Translations under genes and position numbers: made by a program
In this document: positions 18,848 to 27,889 of the stretch, in pieces
How positions within the stretch are numbered: the stretch's first letter is position 1
Layout: each line of letters begins with the position of its first letter
Source: an uncultured virus (IMG/VR IMGVR_UViG_3300028179_000157)
Lineage: Duplodnaviria; Heunggongvirae; Uroviricota; Caudoviricetes
IMG/VR virus record: IMGVR_UViG_3300028179_000157
Length of the DNA: 64,000 nucleotides
Direction: 5' to 3' (one strand)
Notes under the pieces: generated by a model
Database searches by the model: none
Told to the model about the DNA's origin: nothing
What the model saw: only the letters and a program-made list of their open reading frames with translations

Positions 18848-19675
18848 ATGGATCGCTGGGCACAAGTACTGAAGAAGCCAACCTCGGTATTGTCACTGAT
18901 ATTCTGGCCACTGGTAACGGTGGCTCGATTGTTCGTGGCCATCATGCGGGGCTTCGGTTGGGGCTTTGCTCGGGAGAAGGGAAGCGTGTGGGTTGGTTTC
19001 GGCTGGCCCACACAGCGCAACACCGGACAGGAGTTCTCGATGTTCTGGAACTTCTTCAAGGTGGGTAGCCGTCTTGGTATCAATTTGACCATACGGCGGG
19101 AGATCGAAGATGCGTACACACTGCACATCTCCATCCCCTATCTCTTCTCTCTCCAGATATCCCTCGACGTTGGCTTGTCAAAGTTCCGTGAGGTCTTCTT
19201 ACGGGGTGCGAACAGCTATTGCTGGAAGATCGTCTATTACACCTCTGGCTTCTTTGAGGTGAAGGCGAACTACCGCAAGTTCGATGGGGAACGGAAAGGT
19301 ACTGGCTTCAATTATCAGCGAGAGGAACCGGGCAGGCACGAGTACCACATCGAGAAAGTGCAGCTGGTTCGCGGCTACGGTCACATTGCACCGACCGAGC
19401 ACATGCCGCCTGAGAAGGTCAATGTCGAGGTGTCTGTCGAGGACGTGTTCCCGATCAATCACCTGGGCTTGGTCAAACTTCATGATCGCACCCGACGCTA
19501 CACCTGCCGACTGGTCAATCCCATCGGTGTCGTAGAGCATGACCCCACCGGGATTAAGTTCCCGCGTACTGTCACGCTGGCCGTTGAGGACTCCACCTTC
19601 CAGACCACTGCTGTCACCAGTGTTGGTCAGGCGGTTTCCCAGTACGGCGATTACCTCGCCCAGCTCAGGGCATAG
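18848..19675 (+). CDS. Hypothetical protein with hydrophobic N-terminus (~275 aa)
   Basis: GGAG RBS; weaker codon bias, accessory-like. Confidence 0.65.
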   Translation: MDRWAQVLKKPTSVLSLIFWPLVTVARLFVAIMRGFGWGFAREKGSVWVGFGWPTQRNTGQEFSMFWNFFKVGSRLGINLTIRREIEDAYTLHISIPYLFSLQISLDVGLSKFREVFLRGANSYCWKIVYYTSGFFEVKANYRKFDGERKGTGFNYQREEPGRHEYHIEKVQLVRGYGHIAPTEHMPPEKVNVEVSVEDVFPINHLGLVKLHDRTRRYTCRLVNPIGVVEHDPTGIKFPRTVTLAVEDSTFQTTAVTSVGQAVSQYGDYLAQLRA

Positions 19676-19677
19676 AA

Positions 19678-19712
19678 GCATAGAGGCAGGGCTCGCGCCC
19701 TGCCTCTATGCC
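19678..19712. terminator. Perfect bidirectional GCATA-hairpin-TATGC element at a convergent junction
   Basis: GCATAGAGGCAGGGC-TCGC-GCCCTGCCTCTATGC, a 15-bp perfect inverted repeat. Confidence 0.8.
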
Positions 19713-19714
19713 GT

Positions 19715-20137
19715 TTACATCGCCACTATCTCTCGAATCTCACCGTCGAGATTGTCCCGACGCAATCGCCGGATCACACGGTCGAGGTAGGCGTTGATCG
19801 CCAGGTAGTGCGGATACTCGCTCCATTTCAGGAACCAGTTGCTCATCATTGGGTAAGTGACGGGCTCCAAACACTGTGGGTCGACGCGGTCGGATTGACT
19901 CCCGGAAACCGCACCAGTAACCACGAACACACTCTTGCGAGAAGATGGAATCCACCACCGCTCGTAGGTTGTGCGATAGACGATACGCTTGCACACGACC
20001 GTCAGCTCCAAGACTCCCTCGGTGCCGATCGAGAACTTCTTTGTGGAAGCCTCATTGGATCGTTGGTACGTTTGCGTATGGGATCTGCCTGTTACGTGGT
20101 GGCACAACACACCCAAGTAGAAGAGGAAAAACTTCAT
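19715..20137 (-). CDS. Hypothetical protein (140 aa)
   Basis: Fills the gap between the upstream reverse gene and the terminator. Confidence 0.55.
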   Translation of the reverse strand: MKFFLFYLGVLCHHVTGRSHTQTYQRSNEASTKKFSIGTEGVLELTVVCKRIVYRTTYERWWIPSSRKSVFVVTGAVSGSQSDRVDPQCLEPVTYPMMSNWFLKWSEYPHYLAINAYLDRVIRRLRRDNLDGEIREIVAM

Positions 20138-20167
20138 TGAAACCTGCCTTGGGGTTGGTACTGCCTA

Positions 20168-21388
20168 CTACGAGTAATGTTCCTTGGCAAATGCTCGCAG
20201 GACGAGGTACAGCATGACCGACGTCCTTACCGAAGAGATGACGCTCTCGTTTCGCGTTTTCACTGCCTGGCGGACGACCTTGTCCGAAAGGGCCTTCATT
20301 TTCAGAAGGGATGGATCAACCATCCGTGACGCCATGTAGAGCGCTCTCAGCCGAGCGATAAGTGGAACAAGAATCGAGCCGCTGTTGGCGAGGGACTTGT
20401 CGTTCAGCACGACGCTGTACGCGTGAACGAGAGTTTCGTCAACCAGTTGCTCGACTTCGGGCACACCGGGAACTCGATGGTTATCGGAGATCCAAGTGAG
20501 CGCCTCTTCAAGCAGCTTCTGCGGGGTAGTGCGCATCGACGAGATGATCACCTGCACCAACTCCGTACGGATGAAGGTGGGGCGGTCACCGATTACGTCG
20601 TGGAGGTAACGGGTGTAGGTCGTGTAGGTACGCTGCTTGTCCTTCACGATAACCTGGCCGTTCAACTCAACCGTGGAGGAAGTGGACCGCAAGGTGTTGC
20701 CACTGGCACGCACCTCGTAGAACAGCTCCGTCAGGTTCTTCACGTACTCACGCAGACGCTGCTGGATATCGGTGATCATGTAGCCCACAGCGGCGTCGGG
20801 GCCGTGGTCCACGATGGTCTTGTGATGCACCGACGTTTTGGACAGAATGTCATCGGTCCGGAAATCGATCAGGGCGCCCCAGCTACCCACGATCTTCAGC
20901 AGGAACTTGCGGGTCATGGCAGCAGCAGTTGCTTGCGCTACGGCCAAGTCGCTGGGGAACTTGAAGTTGTGCGCCATGATGGAGCTGAGGAACTTGTACT
21001 GCAGGATCGTCAGCACGTCCTTCATGCCGGTCTCTTTCTGGGAGGTCGGCAACTTGGAGTGATAGATGGCGCTGACCAGCCAGCAGCACGTTTGGTTCAT
21101 GGCATCGGTGATGCGCACGAAGTCTTCGTTGATCGTCGGCAATGCAACGATACGACTACGCAGTTCATCCTCGTCGATGTTCAGGATGTCATCGAAGAAC
21201 TCAGCGCGCTGCTCGTCCCGGAAGCGGAACGGGTAATGCCCGAGCAGGTTCGAGCCCAGGAACTTGACGTGGTCAGGGTTCTTGGTGGCGAACTCGATGC
21301 GGAATCGGTGAAGACGCTTCATCAGCGCCAGATCGATTTTGACGTCCTTGCAAACATCGGCAAAGACAGACTTCAGGGACTCGGCCAT
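20168..21388 (-). CDS. Conserved virion structural protein (phiKZ gp32-like, 406 aa)
   Basis: FLGSNLLG motif, size and position downstream of the tube gene. Confidence 0.6.
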   Translation of the reverse strand: MAESLKSVFADVCKDVKIDLALMKRLHRFRIEFATKNPDHVKFLGSNLLGHYPFRFRDEQRAEFFDDILNIDEDELRSRIVALPTINEDFVRITDAMNQTCCWLVSAIYHSKLPTSQKETGMKDVLTILQYKFLSSIMAHNFKFPSDLAVAQATAAAMTRKFLLKIVGSWGALIDFRTDDILSKTSVHHKTIVDHGPDAAVGYMITDIQQRLREYVKNLTELFYEVRASGNTLRSTSSTVELNGQVIVKDKQRTYTTYTRYLHDVIGDRPTFIRTELVQVIISSMRTTPQKLLEEALTWISDNHRVPGVPEVEQLVDETLVHAYSVVLNDKSLANSGSILVPLIARLRALYMASRMVDPSLLKMKALSDKVVRQAVKTRNESVISSVRTSVMLYLVLRAFAKEHYS

Positions 21389-21440
21389 GTTCGCCTACCA
21401 TAGATTCTAAAGGGGGGTGCATAAAATGGGATCGGAAAAC

Positions 21441-21460
21441 TTTTGAACTCTATATTACCC
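21441..21460 (+). promoter_or_regulatory. Putative early promoter with exact phiKZ core TATATTAC
   Basis: TTTTGAACTCTATATTACCC; TATATTAC at 21451-21458. Confidence 0.7.
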
Positions 21461-21534
21461 TAGTGAGCACTTGCCTTAAACGAGGCTCTCGCTCGAAATC
21501 CTTCTTCGAAGTTCAACCAACTGAGTAATCCATA

Positions 21535-21696
21535 ATGTTCAAATCCCTCCTGGCTGTTGCCGGCGTCGTTGCTGTTGGCGCTGTCGCTTACACCCTGTTC
21601 AACGATGCTCAGGGAAGCGCCGACCATCCGGTCGTCGACGGGGAGCCCCAGGCTCCGGACATCAGCGGCGACACGACCGCAGCTCCGGCGATCTGA
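21535..21696 (+). CDS. Small protein (53 aa) with an N-terminal membrane segment; absent from the ORF track
   Basis: Manual translation MFKSLLAVAGVVAVGAVAYTLFNDAQGSADHPVVDGEPQAPDISGDTTAAPAI; downstream of the TATATTAC promoter. Confidence 0.65.
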   Translation: MFKSLLAVAGVVAVGAVAYTLFNDAQGSADHPVVDGEPQAPDISGDTTAAPAI

Positions 21697-21903
21697 GCAA
21701 TCAGCAGTAAAGCCTTACACCCATAAGCTATCCTCTGGGTGTAAATACTTAGTGGCATCCCAACGTCCTGTAGTGCCCCTCACAGGGCTTTGACTCTAAG
21801 ACGGATGGACGTTCACGCGTCTACCTTCGCAAGTCCTACAGGGCGTCTGAGGGCGCCCTACCCCGCAGTACCATGTCCCATCAACAAGAGCACAAAAAGC
21901 ACA

Positions 21904-23154
21904 ATGAGCATCGAAACCAAGAACAACGAATCGACCCCGGATCAGACCGCCCTGGTTCAGCTGGCCACGGCCTTCCTCTCCAACCCGTCCAAGGAAACCC
22001 ACGACGCCTTCCTGAAGGAAGACCTCAAGGACGTGACCGAAGGCGGTGACGTGATCACCTACAGCGAAGGCTTCTTCGGCGAGCAGCTGGTCAAGGACAT
22101 CTCCGCTCGCTTCCCGGAAGCTGCTGCCTTCGCCGGCGTGCCGGGCTACGCCCTGCAGGCAAGCAACGAAGCTGGCCAGACCGACAAGGCCGATGCCGAA
22201 TTCGCTGCTGACGCCGATGGCACCACCGCGCAGGCTGGCGAAGTCAACCCGCTGGTGCGTGAAGCCGTGCTGCAGTTCCTGGCCCACCCGAACGAAGAAA
22301 CCTACAACGGTTACTTCATCGCCCTGTCCCAGACCGGCGGCGCCGGCCTGCCGGCAGAGTACTCGCAGAACGAGCAGGAGAAGCTGGCTGCCCACCTGAC
22401 CGAGTTCTACCCGGAACTGGCTGAAGAAGCCGACCAGTCGCTGATCTCGGACGACCAGGAGACCACCCTGGAAAAGATCGAGGCCATCATCATCGACACC
22501 ACGGTGGAAACCGAAGTGCGTCTGGAGCAGCTGGCTTCCGAGCTGATCGCTTCCGACGAGATGGTCCGCGGCGCCTACTGCCAGGCCCTGGGCATCAGCC
22601 CGAACGACTACGACAGCGAAGACGCGCTGGTGAAGGCGCTGGCTGAAGGCCTGATCGCCCTGGAAGGTCCGACCATCGCCGAAGTGCGCCTGGCCGCCAC
22701 CCAGAGCCTGCAGAACAACGTCCGCATCCGCAAGGAAATGGAAGCGCGTCAGGCCGTGAGCGATCACGTCGAAGGTCGTCTGGATCCCCGCGTGCGCGGC
22801 AAGATCTCCTCGATCATGACCAACCGCTACAACTTCCAGTCCCAGTTCGGCGTGCTGCACACCCCCGGCGCCTGGTCCGCTTCCAACAAGCTGGCCAAGG
22901 CCATCTCCGAGCACTTCGAAGTCCTGCAGGGCAACGATGAAGTGACCGAAGAAGCCGTGGTTGAACTGCTGGCCACCCTGGAAGAAGCCGGCAAGGAACT
23001 GACCGCCGAATTCGAAGCGGCCATGACCGGCACCGCTGCGATCTCCTACCTGGATCGTTTCGCCTCCTTCCGCGCTCGTCCGCGTCCGGCCTCGGTGCCG
23101 GCTGCTGAAGCTGCGCAGGCTGTGGGTGAAGGCGACGAAGGTCCGGCTGCGTAA
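21904..23154 (+). CDS. Acidic hypothetical protein with an internal repeat (416 aa; start moved to ATG 21904)
   Basis: Extreme codon bias begins at MSIETKNN; A-rich initiation region. Confidence 0.8.
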   Translation: MSIETKNNESTPDQTALVQLATAFLSNPSKETHDAFLKEDLKDVTEGGDVITYSEGFFGEQLVKDISARFPEAAAFAGVPGYALQASNEAGQTDKADAEFAADADGTTAQAGEVNPLVREAVLQFLAHPNEETYNGYFIALSQTGGAGLPAEYSQNEQEKLAAHLTEFYPELAEEADQSLISDDQETTLEKIEAIIIDTTVETEVRLEQLASELIASDEMVRGAYCQALGISPNDYDSEDALVKALAEGLIALEGPTIAEVRLAATQSLQNNVRIRKEMEARQAVSDHVEGRLDPRVRGKISSIMTNRYNFQSQFGVLHTPGAWSASNKLAKAISEHFEVLQGNDEVTEEAVVELLATLEEAGKELTAEFEAAMTGTAAISYLDRFASFRARPRPASVPAAEAAQAVGEGDEGPAA

Positions 23155-23177
23155 TCGTTTCAACGCGTGCTTCCACT

Positions 23178-23223
23178 GGGGAGGAGGGGACTTCGGTCCT
23201 CTCCTTCCTGGTGGTTTTATGTC
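23178..23223 (+). terminator. Hairpin (UUCG) + TATGTC element
   Basis: GGAGGAGGGGAC-TTCG-GTCCTCTCCTTCC then TTTTATGTC. Confidence 0.7.
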
Positions 23224-23444
23224 TGTAGTAAAAAATTACTCACGACCCCTTTCATCTGAATGGAACTTTCCTCTCGGGGGAAACCATTTAAAGGAAGGGG
23301 GTATGCGAGAAACTTTAGTGAAGCTGTTGAGGAGGCGTAGCGTAGCTACTAGCCTCCGAGAATGCTTTCTATGCCCTGTGGAAAGCGTATAGCGCCCACG
23401 TTGAGTATTAACTGATAGGGGATGGGGATAGTACGATCCTGTTA

Positions 23445-23795
23445 GTGGATGCCCATGAGTACCTAGTCGTGTCAAGTAAAGCACAAGCCTTTGAGCAGTT
23501 GAAACCAGCTGCCCTGAAGAAGAACCTCAAACTCCCTTACTTCAACAATCAGCGTGGGGATGACGCTGAGTACAAAACCGGGATGAAGGCATACAACACT
23601 GCCAACCGGAAGATCTACCAACTCTTGAAAGAAGCACCTGAGTTTAGTGATGAGCGTAGGTTCTTGAACCATGCTTACGAACGACTGCTCGACTGCATGC
23701 CCCAGCCCACGGTCTCACGCAGAGCTACGAGCCTGCAAGTGTACCTGGATCAACTGGAGGCTTTGACTGTAGTGTGTGAGCAAGCTGCCAGCTAA
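23445..23795 (+). CDS. Hypothetical protein (116 aa)
   Basis: GTG-start ORF; weaker codon bias; start uncertain. Confidence 0.55.
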   Translation: MDAHEYLVVSSKAQAFEQLKPAALKKNLKLPYFNNQRGDDAEYKTGMKAYNTANRKIYQLLKEAPEFSDERRFLNHAYERLLDCMPQPTVSRRATSLQVYLDQLEALTVVCEQAAS

Positions 23796-23835
23796 TCCTG
23801 TGTAGCCATACTCACCCACCCCTTTGGAGATTTCC

Positions 23836-24309
23836 ATGCGTGACCTTTCCTCCCTGCTCGACCCCAGCGCCGATGCCTCCAGCCGTGTGGACATCCATGC
23901 GGTACAGAACGAAGATAGCCAGTGGCAGCAGTACCTTGCACAGAACCTGCGTATGAGCAAGGTGTACGTGCTGGACGCTGCAGTGTCTGCCGAGAGCATC
24001 TCGATGGAGACCCAGCAGTTGGAGCAGGCCGCACTGGCTGAAGCCTCCGACGAACAACCGGTCTATCCCATCCAGCTGTACGTGCTGGACAATGGGCAGG
24101 ACTACACCGAGATCCATCGCGTGCTGAACAAGGCACATGGTGATCCGGACCACACGGTGATCGTGCTGCTTGCCCCGCAGGCAACCGACTCCGAAGTCAA
24201 GGGCGATGCAGCGCAGCTGCTGTCGGTCCATGACCAGCTGGCCAACAGTGGCGCCAAGGTCTACACGACCATCGAAGACGCCACCGAATACCTGAACTCC
24301 CTGGTCTAA
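23836..24309 (+). CDS. Hypothetical protein, possibly a degenerate nucleoside 2-deoxyribosyltransferase-like fold (157 aa)
   Basis: GGAG RBS; alternating beta/alpha pattern; C-terminal GAKVYTTIEDATEYLN. The fold call is weak. Confidence 0.5.
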   Translation: MRDLSSLLDPSADASSRVDIHAVQNEDSQWQQYLAQNLRMSKVYVLDAAVSAESISMETQQLEQAALAEASDEQPVYPIQLYVLDNGQDYTEIHRVLNKAHGDPDHTVIVLLAPQATDSEVKGDAAQLLSVHDQLANSGAKVYTTIEDATEYLNSLV

Positions 24310-24411
24310 GGCCAGTAGTGCTGGGCAGGCCTTCGGGTCTGCTCAGTATGCCCTGTAGTAAATCCCGATACACCCTCTCTTAGCTATGAACAACCAAAGG
24401 AGTAGTACCCC

Positions 24412-25002
24412 ATGAAGCGCAGCCACTATCCGCTGAACCCGCTCTGCCACCTGGCCGCTATCGGCTATTGCTTCCCCGACGATGCCTTCCTCACCCGTGA
24501 AGGTGCGCCGAACCTGTTCGAGCCGACCATGGCTCGTCCGATGGCTACCCACCTGCTCCACTGGCTGGCCCAGCAGGAGAAGTTCCTCAAGCACCTGCCG
24601 GACGATCGCAAGGATCTGTTCTTCAAGGCCGTGGTGATCGATCAGGAACTGCGGGTGAATGTCTACCACGCCTTCGGGCCGGAAGACGTCAACGAATGTC
24701 AAGTTGACACCCAGCCGATCTTCTCCTCGGACTGGATCAACGAAGGCGAGTTCCGTTGGCTGGTCACCCCGATCCTGCACAACTTCACCGGCAAGCGCGG
24801 CGGGCTGTTCTCGGCCAAGCCCAAGCGGACCATCGAAGCGCAGTTCATCAACATGCCCTGCACCGCCAAGCGCTATCGTCCGACCGAGCCCTACAGCTCG
24901 TTCAAGATGCGCCTGAACGATGTGCAGCTGGGCATGGTGCGTGCTCGTATGGATGCCAAGCAGATCATCAACGGCGATGTGTACGCCGAGTCGGCAGCAT
25001 AA
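24412..25002 (+). CDS. Hypothetical protein (196 aa)
   Basis: AAGGAG RBS; strong codon bias; hairpins on both sides. Confidence 0.8.
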   Translation: MKRSHYPLNPLCHLAAIGYCFPDDAFLTREGAPNLFEPTMARPMATHLLHWLAQQEKFLKHLPDDRKDLFFKAVVIDQELRVNVYHAFGPEDVNECQVDTQPIFSSDWINEGEFRWLVTPILHNFTGKRGGLFSAKPKRTIEAQFINMPCTAKRYRPTEPYSSFKMRLNDVQLGMVRARMDAKQIINGDVYAESAA

Positions 25003-25061
25003 TGGTTATGGGGGAGCCTTCGGGCTCCCCCTAGTCCTATCCCTTTTTTTTTGGTCACGAC

Positions 25062-25439
25062 ATGATCTACGAGTACAATGTCAAAATGCTGACCGGCTTC
25101 CCCAAGGAGGAACCCCACATGACGGACAACGTCGTGAACCTGGGTATCGGGATCATCCAACGTGATATTGGAAAGGTCATCGATGCCATGTGCCGTGAGT
25201 TTGAGATCAAAGATCTTCGCATTACGGTACAGATCACCAAGGATGACTTCGTGGATGTGGATATCCATGAGATCACCTGTGCCTTGCCACCCAATGACTT
25301 CCAGGGTCGACTGATGCGTGCAGTGCGCAGCATGCTGCCCAAGCTGAAGAAGCAGGACGTCAAGACGATCACGATCCGTGCTCGTATCAACTACGCCGAC
25401 AAACGCGTGATCACTGTCCTGGCTCACCAGACAGCATAA
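25062..25439 (+). CDS. Hypothetical protein (125 aa; alternative start ATG 25119 after AAGGAGG)
   Basis: ORF ends in a bidirectional hairpin element (25434-25469). Confidence 0.65.
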   Translation: MIYEYNVKMLTGFPKEEPHMTDNVVNLGIGIIQRDIGKVIDAMCREFEIKDLRITVQITKDDFVDVDIHEITCALPPNDFQGRLMRAVRSMLPKLKKQDVKTITIRARINYADKRVITVLAHQTA

Positions 25440-25470
25440 GAGGAGGGGCGAGAGCCCCTCCCCTATGTCC

Positions 25471-26274
25471 TTAACGACCAGAGGCCATCAAGTGCTTGAG
25501 ACTGCGCTTCTTCTGTTCGTAGTCGCCCAGTACCGAGGAGACCTTCCATTCCTTCTGCAGGAACTCCTGGTACATCTCTTCGGCATCAGCGTAACGTTCC
25601 ACGACGTTCTTGAACGAACCGATGCTGAAGCCGCCCCGGATCTCACCTTCGTCGATGAGGATTTCCAGGTGGTTGTAGATGTAGGCCTTGGTGGCCAACT
25701 TGGCGCCCTTGGTGAAACGGTGCCAGGTGCGCGGGTTGAGCGAGGTGAACTCTGCATCGTAGGCCACGATAGCGCGCAGGAAGATGTTGCGCGGCAGGGC
25801 CATGTTGTCTTCCACGCAGATCACGTTGCGGCCCACCAGACGCACGTAGGCGGTGGACACCAGCGGGATGGGCATGTGCGAGGAGAGCACACCGGAGGCA
25901 GCATCGAGCATGGGCGAGTGGCCACGCATACCCATGTTGGTGGTGCCCATGATCGTGCCTTCGCCGAAGGTCACATTCAGAGGCTGGATGATGTCACGGT
26001 TGTTGGTGAGCTTGTCGGGGATCTCGTAGATCACCCGGAACTCATCGGCGTATTCCGGACGCAGGCCAACCAGAGGAATGGTGACCTCATGACCACCGGT
26101 CAGGTTGTAGTCTTCGATCAAACGACCGTAGATCACCTTCTCTCGCAGGCCGGTCTCGTAGTTGATCGGCGCACGGTAACCATCGAACCGCGATGGCGGG
26201 TTGAATGCTTCGTTGAGGATCTGCACCGGAATCGTCGCCGCGATTTCGCGCAATGCTTTGTTGATGACGGACAT
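25471..26274 (-). CDS. Conserved virion structural protein (phiKZ gp42-like, 267 aa)
   Basis: AGGAGG RBS; MSVINKAL..IP.QIL..AF N-terminus, ATKAYIYN motif; isolated reverse gene upstream of the DNAP block. Confidence 0.55.
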   Translation of the reverse strand: MSVINKALREIAATIPVQILNEAFNPPSRFDGYRAPINYETGLREKVIYGRLIEDYNLTGGHEVTIPLVGLRPEYADEFRVIYEIPDKLTNNRDIIQPLNVTFGEGTIMGTTNMGMRGHSPMLDAASGVLSSHMPIPLVSTAYVRLVGRNVICVEDNMALPRNIFLRAIVAYDAEFTSLNPRTWHRFTKGAKLATKAYIYNHLEILIDEGEIRGGFSIGSFKNVVERYADAEEMYQEFLQKEWKVSSVLGDYEQKKRSLKHLMASGR

Positions 26275-26354
26275 GGCGCCTCCTGGTTTCAATTTCTACA
26301 CCCCAGACGATGCTATGAACCGTAGGGTGAACTCATAAGAAAGGAGCCGCTTCA

Positions 26355-26753
26355 ATGAACTTGGAAGAATACCTGTTCAACCGTCTGGGAGAGGAGGCAG
26401 CCGAGGTTGTACAAGGCGCCACGAAGATCCTCTCCTTCGGGTCAGAGCATCGTGTCCCGTCCAACCGCATGGCCGCCAACGATTACCTGGTCGCTGAAAT
26501 CAACGATATCCTGGGCGTTGCTGACTTCCTGAAGGAATGCGGCATCGAGCTGTTTGGTATCGGCAAGCCGCAGGCCCGCGAGGCAAAGATCCAGAAGATC
26601 ATCACTTACATGCAGGTCTCCATCGATGCTGGTCGCCTGACCCTGAGCGATGAAGAACTGACCATGATCAACAACCGCAACGACGGCAAGCCTCTGCACC
26701 ATCGCATCGGCGATACGGTGGCGGCTACCTTCGAGCAAAAGGAATCGGCATGA
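26355..26753 (+). CDS. MazG-like all-alpha NTP pyrophosphohydrolase (132 aa)
   Basis: LGEEAAEVVQ ... LVAEINDILG gives the EExxE / ExxD metal-binding pattern. Confidence 0.65.
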   Translation: MNLEEYLFNRLGEEAAEVVQGATKILSFGSEHRVPSNRMAANDYLVAEINDILGVADFLKECGIELFGIGKPQAREAKIQKIITYMQVSIDAGRLTLSDEELTMINNRNDGKPLHHRIGDTVAATFEQKESA

Positions 26754-26950
26754 CCACGCTCTTTGTCTGCGACAAGTGCAATTCGGTTGACACCACGATC
26801 GAAGCCTACCCGTCCCGCAACTTCGTCCTGAGCAACATGCAGTGCACCAAGTGCCAGACCGGGCAGTGGCACCGTGCATTCCCGCAGTTGCAGTACAAGC
26901 CTGAGAAGGACCACGTCATGAACCGTGCCAGTGGGATCGGCTTGGGATGA
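26750..26950 (+). CDS. Small zinc-ribbon protein (66 aa)
   Basis: CDKC ... CTKC; ATGA coupling on both sides. Confidence 0.7.
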   Translation: MTTLFVCDKCNSVDTTIEAYPSRNFVLSNMQCTKCQTGQWHRAFPQLQYKPEKDHVMNRASGIGLG

Positions 26951-27333
26951 CCAAGTTCATTGTCGATTACGATTCCAAGACCAACACCCCTGAATCGGTG
27001 AAGGACTTCGAACGACTCGCCAATCGAGGTAACCCCGGACTGTACCGACTGGACTACATGTGGGTACTGAAGTTCGCAGTGAAGATGCTGGGCGAGGTGG
27101 CACTGACTCGTGATCGTGACGATGTGGCCATGGTGATCCAGGAGCTGTACAGCAACTTACACTTGCTGGTGGATTACCCGGATATGGCCGAACCGATGGC
27201 AGAAGACATTGTCCGCGAGGTCAATCGACTGGCCACCTTCTTACCCGACGATCTGGTACTCAGTGATGATCGTCCGAGACGGTGTGAGATCATCGACCAT
27301 CGACATGGCGCACTGTTGATTGAGATCCTGTAA
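26947..27333 (+). CDS. Hypothetical protein (128 aa)
   Basis: ATGA-coupled; followed by hairpin+TATGCC at 27336-27363. Confidence 0.7.
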   Translation: MTKFIVDYDSKTNTPESVKDFERLANRGNPGLYRLDYMWVLKFAVKMLGEVALTRDRDDVAMVIQELYSNLHLLVDYPDMAEPMAEDIVREVNRLATFLPDDLVLSDDRPRRCEIIDHRHGALLIEIL

Positions 27334-27458
27334 CTGGCCGGGGTTCGCCCCGGCCTTTATGCCCCAACGCTCTGTAAAGCTCTCTAAGGAGCGTCCAGCG
27401 TAAATAAGTACTCCCATAGCCTTTTCTATGTAGAAGAGCCCTAGAGGCCATTCTAACG

Positions 27459-27479
27459 AGTTTCAGACCTACACTATCT
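27459..27479 (+). promoter_or_regulatory. Putative promoter; exact 21-bp copy at 39230-39250
   Basis: AGTTTCAGACCTACACTATCT occurs in two intergenic regions, each upstream of a + strand gene. Confidence 0.7.
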
Positions 27480-27507
27480 CAGTGTAGTGTACCAGTGGAG
27501 TTTCACA

Positions 27508-27888
27508 ATGCGTCGGGCAATACTCATCTACGACATCACAGCCGAACATCGGGATGTCCGCAGAATAGTGCGCGACGCCTTACATCGTCGCGAGGAGCTA
27601 GTCGTCATCGACAGCTTCAGAGAGGGAAAGTTCGCAGCTGCCGTGAGAGAGTGGTTCGTCTACTTTCTTCTGGAGTACGCCTACCTCGGCGTGCCACCCA
27701 CCTTCGGCTTCCGTCCTGATCCTCGTCTCGAAGATTTCTTCGAGCGCAAAACTTCGCCTCAGTTGATCACTCTTGCTCGAAAGCTCCGGATTCCATGGGA
27801 GCTCTCTGAAGAGACTCCCGTCATTGATATCCGGGAGCGCGATCTAGTGCTGACCTATAACAACGTAGATACATCGAGATGGACGTGA
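27508..27888 (+). CDS. Hypothetical protein, possible member of the paralog array (126 aa)
   Basis: GGAG RBS; first gene after the promoter. Confidence 0.7.
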   Translation: MRRAILIYDITAEHRDVRRIVRDALHRREELVVIDSFREGKFAAAVREWFVYFLLEYAYLGVPPTFGFRPDPRLEDFFERKTSPQLITLARKLRIPWELSEETPVIDIRERDLVLTYNNVDTSRWT

Positions 27889-27889
27889 C

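Noticed and set aside
27365..27455. CTCT/AGAG-rich spacer with short palindromes
   Set aside because: Only short stems and no second copy in the window; cannot support an origin or ncRNA call.
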